Source: the human T2T-CHM13v2.0 reference genome, Homo sapiens. Taken from it: DNA of 64,000 nt. The stretch lies in NCBI RefSeq assembly GCF_009914755.1, contig NC_060940.1. One strand, written 5' to 3'. Below the pieces are notes generated by a model. That model worked only from the letters and a program-made list of their open reading frames with translations, was not told the origin of the DNA and searched no databases. Position 1 is the first letter of the stretch. Every line of letters starts with the position of its first letter. This document shows, piece after piece, positions 58,361-64,000 of the stretch. The translations under genes and the position numbers were made by a program.

Positions 58361-60090
58361 GTGCCTGCAAAGGGGAGCTCGGGATTTGGGTTCAAAGTTT
58401 CAAATCCCAGTTTGGCTATTTGCCCTTGTGACCCTGAGCATGTTCCTTAATTTCCTCAAAGTTCCCCAGCAAGTGGAGACACTAATATGAAGCTTGCCTG
58501 CTTGGAGGAAGAAGGAATATAGGCAGTGACCTGTCCCGATGCCTGAGATATAATATGCTATTAAAAAATGGATGCTGATATTATTATAATTACACAATTG
58601 TAATTATTGATATCAATAGTTATTATAAATATGTATTTTTGTATGTGTTCATGATGTGATCGGTCATGTTCATGTGTATGCATGTGACTCAACATTCTTA
58701 TTATTCATCTTTGTCATTCAAGTTAAGAAAGAGGACATGGGAAGGCAAAAAAGGAGGTATATCCTAAGGGAGGAGATTAAAGGACCCCTAGACTCCACAA
58801 ATTCCTAAGCTGTCATGGTAGAGAGCAGTCTACTGCTTTTTGAAGCTCTTGTCAACCCCTCAGCATCTATACTTCTGACATATTCCATCAACCTGTGTAT
58901 TAATATGGCTCATATTTCTAACAAGTGCTCACATGGTGCTTTCATTCTGGCAGAAACTGTTAAAACTTCTCTACACAGAAAGTTCTTTATCCCTATGTCA
59001 CAGATGAGGAATGTGAAGCCCAGAGACGTTGGCCAACCTTCCCAAGGTCACACAGCTAGGAAAGGGCAAAGCTGGATTTGGACCTAGGTGGTCTGGCTTC
59101 AGAGTCCATGCTGGTAACCCCTCTGCTGTATTGCCTCTTTGCACAAGATCAGCAGAACCTAGGGAGCAATTTCGCTGCCATCCCAGCAGCCTAGGGGAAA
59201 GGAGACATCATAGTTTCCTTATTTGATAACTTCATAAACGATAGCATTTAGTGCAAAGCAGCGAGGTACTCCAGAAGAAGCCCAATCTACTCATCTCTGC
59301 AAATTCCATAGATGGCCTTGTCATGATGTCTGGGTTGCTGTGATCTCCACTTCTGCCTTCAGTTTGTTCCCATGGCCAGATGAAACCCCTTGGAAAGAAC
59401 AAAACTATTATATTGCTGGGGTAGAGAAGAGTGTAGTTTTACAGAAGCTGAATGGCGTGGAACCATGCAGCTTAAATTATCAGGCTGTGATGGCTCCTAT
59501 CACCTAGCAGGTGGAGAGAGAACAGCAGATAGAAAAGACTGACTTCTAGCAGCTACTGAGGTCTCTTCTCCTTGTCAACATAGACTTAGATGGTAGATTT
59601 GAAGTGGAAAATGGGAATTTGAAAATTAGAGACAAAGAATGGCAATTAGTTTAGCTAAGGCAAAAAGATGGGATTTTTAAAAAGCAACGTTTTGCTAAGT
59701 CAGTGCTGGGGAACAATTTTATCAGGAAGTAAAAATAAACTCTGGTTTATATGTATTATGGAATGTGTTATGTCTCTTCTACTGCATGTTGATGGCTACG
59801 TGAGGGCGAGAGCTATGCTGGGGACCAACTGGAGGTGCTATGTGGAGAATAGGGATGCAGGATGTGGAATCAAATGGTCTGGATTCAAATCCTGGCTCTT
59901 AGCAGCTGTGCAGGCTCAAGCAGATTTTGAATGCTCTCTAAACCTCAGTTTCCATGTCTGTTAAGTGGATAATTTGCCTTTTCTGTAGGGTTATACTGAG
60001 GATTAAATGACATAATCCACATATATTTAGCACAGTATCGGGCACATGGCAAGCTCTCAGTATTTGATAACTGTTATGACGACAAAGTTA

Positions 60091-60546
<456 letters not shown>

Positions 60547-60944
60547 TTATTCATTATGTATAGCATAATTGTTAAGAATATTGATCTTGACATCAGACAA
60601 ACAAGGCTTTAAATTTTCATTCTATTTACTCACCGTGAGCAGTCAGTTGATCTCTCTGAACCTTAGTTTTCTTAACCATAAAATGGGGATGATAGTACCA
60701 AACCCCTGGGGTTGTATGAGGATTAACTGAGAAAGCAGATAAAAAGCATTTTGCATGTGAATTGATATTATTGATAATATTATAAACATGAATATGTGAA
60801 TGTGTTCATGACTTTTTTCCAGGTTTATTTAAATATAACTAAAAAATATTGTATACATTATGGTTCACAATGTGATATTTTAATAGATGTACACATTGTG
60901 AAATGATTACCACAATCAAGCTAATTAATATATCTGTCTCCTCA

Positions 60945-61500
60945 AAGACCTAAAAATGGAAATACCATTTGACCCAGCAATCCCATTACTGGGTATATAG
61001 CCAAAGGAATAGAAATCGTTCTGTCATAAAGACACATGCACATATATGTGCGTTGCAGCACTATTTACAATAGCAAAGACACGGAATCAACCTAAATGCC
61101 CATCAATATAGACTGGATAAAGAAAACGTGGTACATATACACCATGGAATATTATGTAGCCGTAAAAAGAATGAGATCATGTCCACTGCAGGAACATGGA
61201 TAGAGCTGGAGGCAATTATCCTTAGCAAACTAATGCAGGAACAGAGAACCATATACCACATGTTCTCACTTATAAGTGGGAGCTTAATGGTGAGAATACA
61301 TGGACACGTATAGGGGAACAACACACAGTGGGGCCTGTCAGAGGGTGGAGGGTGGGAGGAGGAAGAGGATCAGGAAAAACAACTAATGGATACTAGGCTT
61401 AATACCTGGGTGATGAAATGATCTGTACAACAAACCCCCATGACACATATTTACCTATGTAACAAAACTGCACATTTGCCCCAAACTTAAAAGTTAAACT
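60945..61500 (+). mobile_element. L1PA/PB 3' end inserted in L1MA
   Basis: gaaataccatttgacccagcaatcccattactggg...ttctcacttataagtgggagc...aacttaaaagttaaa. Confidence 0.92.
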
Positions 61501-62935
61501 ATATATATATGTGTGTATATATATACATATATACACACATATACACGTATATATACACAATATGTATATATGCACATATACATGTATATATAGTGTATAT
61601 ATAGTATATATACACTATATAGTATATACTTATATATAATATATGTATACATATACTATATATACAAGTATATGTAGTATATACTACATATACTTGTATA
61701 TGTAGTATATACTACATATACTTGTATATGTAGTATATACTATATATACAAGTATGTATAGTATATAGGTATATATAGTATATACATACTTGTATATATA
61801 GTATATATGTGTATATGTGTGTGTATATATACTTATATATACATATATACGCATGTATATACACATATATACATGTGTATATATATATTTACATTGTGTG
61901 TGTGTGTGTAGTTTGCTAAGGATAATTGCCTCTAGCTCCATCCATGTTCCTGCAATGGACATGGTCTCATTCTTTTTACAGCTACATAGTATTCCATGGT
62001 GTATATGTACCACGTTTTCTTTATCCAGTCTATATTGATGGGTATTAGGTTGATTCTGTGTCTTTGCTATTGTACTATATATGTAGATATATACACACAC
62101 ATAGTATATATTTATGTTTACTATATAAATATATATAGTATTTATATATACTATATATATTTATATATAGTGTATATACACTATATATTTATATATAGTG
62201 TATATACACTATATATAAATATATAGTGTATATATACTATGTATTTATATATAGTGTATATATACTATATACTATGTATTTATATATAGTGTATATACTA
62301 TATATTAAAAATATACCATAAATAAAAAATATATATAATATACATATACACTATATATAGTATATATACACACTATATATTTATATATACACTATATATA
62401 CTATATATTATATAAAAATATATACTATATATTATATATAATATACATATACATTATATACAGTGTATATATACACTATGTATTTATATATACTATATAT
62501 TATATACACTATATATTTATATATACTATAGTAGTGTATATGTATACTATATATAGTGTATATATACTAGTATACTATAGTAGTGTATATATAGTGTATA
62601 TATACTAGTATATATACTAGTGTATATACACTAGTATATATACTAGTGTATATACACTAGTATATATACTAGTGTATATACACTAGTATATATACTAGTG
62701 TATATACACTACTATATATACTAGTGTATATACACTACTATATATACTAGTGTATATACACTACTATATATACTAGTATATATACACTACTATATATACT
62801 AGTATATATACACTATATATATACTATAGTAGTGTATATATAGTGTATATATACTCTATATATATACTATAGTAGTGTATATATAGTGTATATATACTAG
62901 TATATATACACTATATATATTTATATATATATAAA
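61500..62935. repeat. About 1.4 kb (TA)-rich complex microsatellite with palindromic tandem units
   Basis: tatatatagtg / tatacactagtatatatactagtg arrays, interrupted by an inverted L1 copy at 61910-62074. Confidence 0.95.
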
Positions 62936-64000
62936 ATCACCTCACATACTTAATATTTTGGTGGTGAGAACATTTAAGATTTATTCTTTTAGAACTTTCA
63001 AGTATACAATACATCATTAACTATAGTTGCCATGCTCTACATTAGGTCTCCAGAATATATTCATTCTGTTTAACTGAAATTTTGTATCCTTTGACCAACA
63101 TTTCCCTATTCTCCCACCTCCACCCCACCCCAAGCCCCTGGCAACCACCATTGCTTTCCTTCTACTCTTTGCTTCTGAGTTTGACATTTTTAGATTCCAC
63201 ATGTGAGTGAGACAATGCAGTGTCTGTCTTTCTGTGCCTGACTTATTTCACTTATTATAATATCCAGGCCCATTTATGTTGTTGCAAGTGACAGAATTTC
63301 TTTTTTTAAGTCTAAATAGTATTCCATTGTTTGTGTGTGTGTGTGTGTGTATACACACACGTTTATACATGTCTATCCGTGGGTCAATGGATAAAGAAAA
63401 TATGGTATTCACCCATTAATAGACACTTCAGTTGATTCCGTATCTTGACTATTGTGAATATTGCTGCAATGAACATAGGAATATAGATATCTCTTCAATT
63501 TCATTTCCTTTGGACATATGCTAACTAGAAGACTAGAAGTGGGATTGCAGGATCATATGGTAGTTCTATTTTTAATTTTTTGAGGAATCTCCATAATGGC
63601 TGTACTAATTTACATTCCCATCAACAGTATACAAGGGTTCCTTTTCTCCACATTCTTGTCAACACTTGATATCTTTTGTCTTGTTGATAATAGCCATTCT
63701 AACAAATACGGGGTAATCTATCTCATTGTGGTTTTGATTTACATTTTCCTGATGATTGGTGATGTTGAGCATTTTTTGATATACCCGTCAGCCACTTATG
63801 TGTTATTTTTTGAGAAACGTCTTTTCAAGTCTTTTGCCCATTTTAAAATTGGGTTGTTGTATTGCTATTGAATTGTTTGAGTTCCTTAAACATCTTGCAT
63901 ATTATCCTCTCATCAGATGTATGGTTTGAAAATATTTTCACCCTTTATATAGATTGTGTTTTCATTCTGTTGATTGTTTTATTTGCTGTGCATAAGCTTT

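Larger units (their letters stand above)
60815..64000 (-). mobile_element. L1MA 3' portion, interrupted at about 60945-62935
   Basis: tacacattgtgaaatgattaccacaatcaagctaatt on the left resumes as tcacctcacata...ggtgagaacatttaagat on the right and runs to the window end. Confidence 0.85.

Noticed and set aside
62100-62935. CRISPR-like array of palindromic repeats
   Set aside because: Units are directly adjacent low-complexity TA repeats with no unique spacers, in mammalian DNA with no cas genes

Overview
Primate (human-like) non-coding genomic DNA, intergenic or deep intronic. I recognise no protein-coding gene, RNA gene, CpG island or CRISPR array. Most of the window is interspersed repeats: about 30 Alus, a near-full-length disrupted L1PA on the minus strand (21981-27928), older L1M/L2/MIR fragments, ERV1/ERVL/MaLR LTRs and several DNA transposons (MER20, MER33, MER44). 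The ORF track is almost entirely Alu-, L1- or low-complexity-derived. The signals most worth following up are: (1) a deleted ERV1 provirus with a tRNA-Arg PBS, mismatched LTRs and promoter/polyA polarity (784-2136); (2) two strong plus-strand exon candidates around a motif-dense unique element, which would splice into a 54-aa ORF (31670-32146); (3) a younger L1 3' end fused seamlessly into an older L1 (about 22000-22860); (4) three short-range templated duplications, one inverted and inside a palindromic AT-rich array (61-63 kb). Repeat subfamily names are from recognition by eye and boundaries are approximate. I cannot support a claim of a new biological system; the best candidate is an unannotated LTR-associated spliced transcript or micropeptide, and that is an inference.
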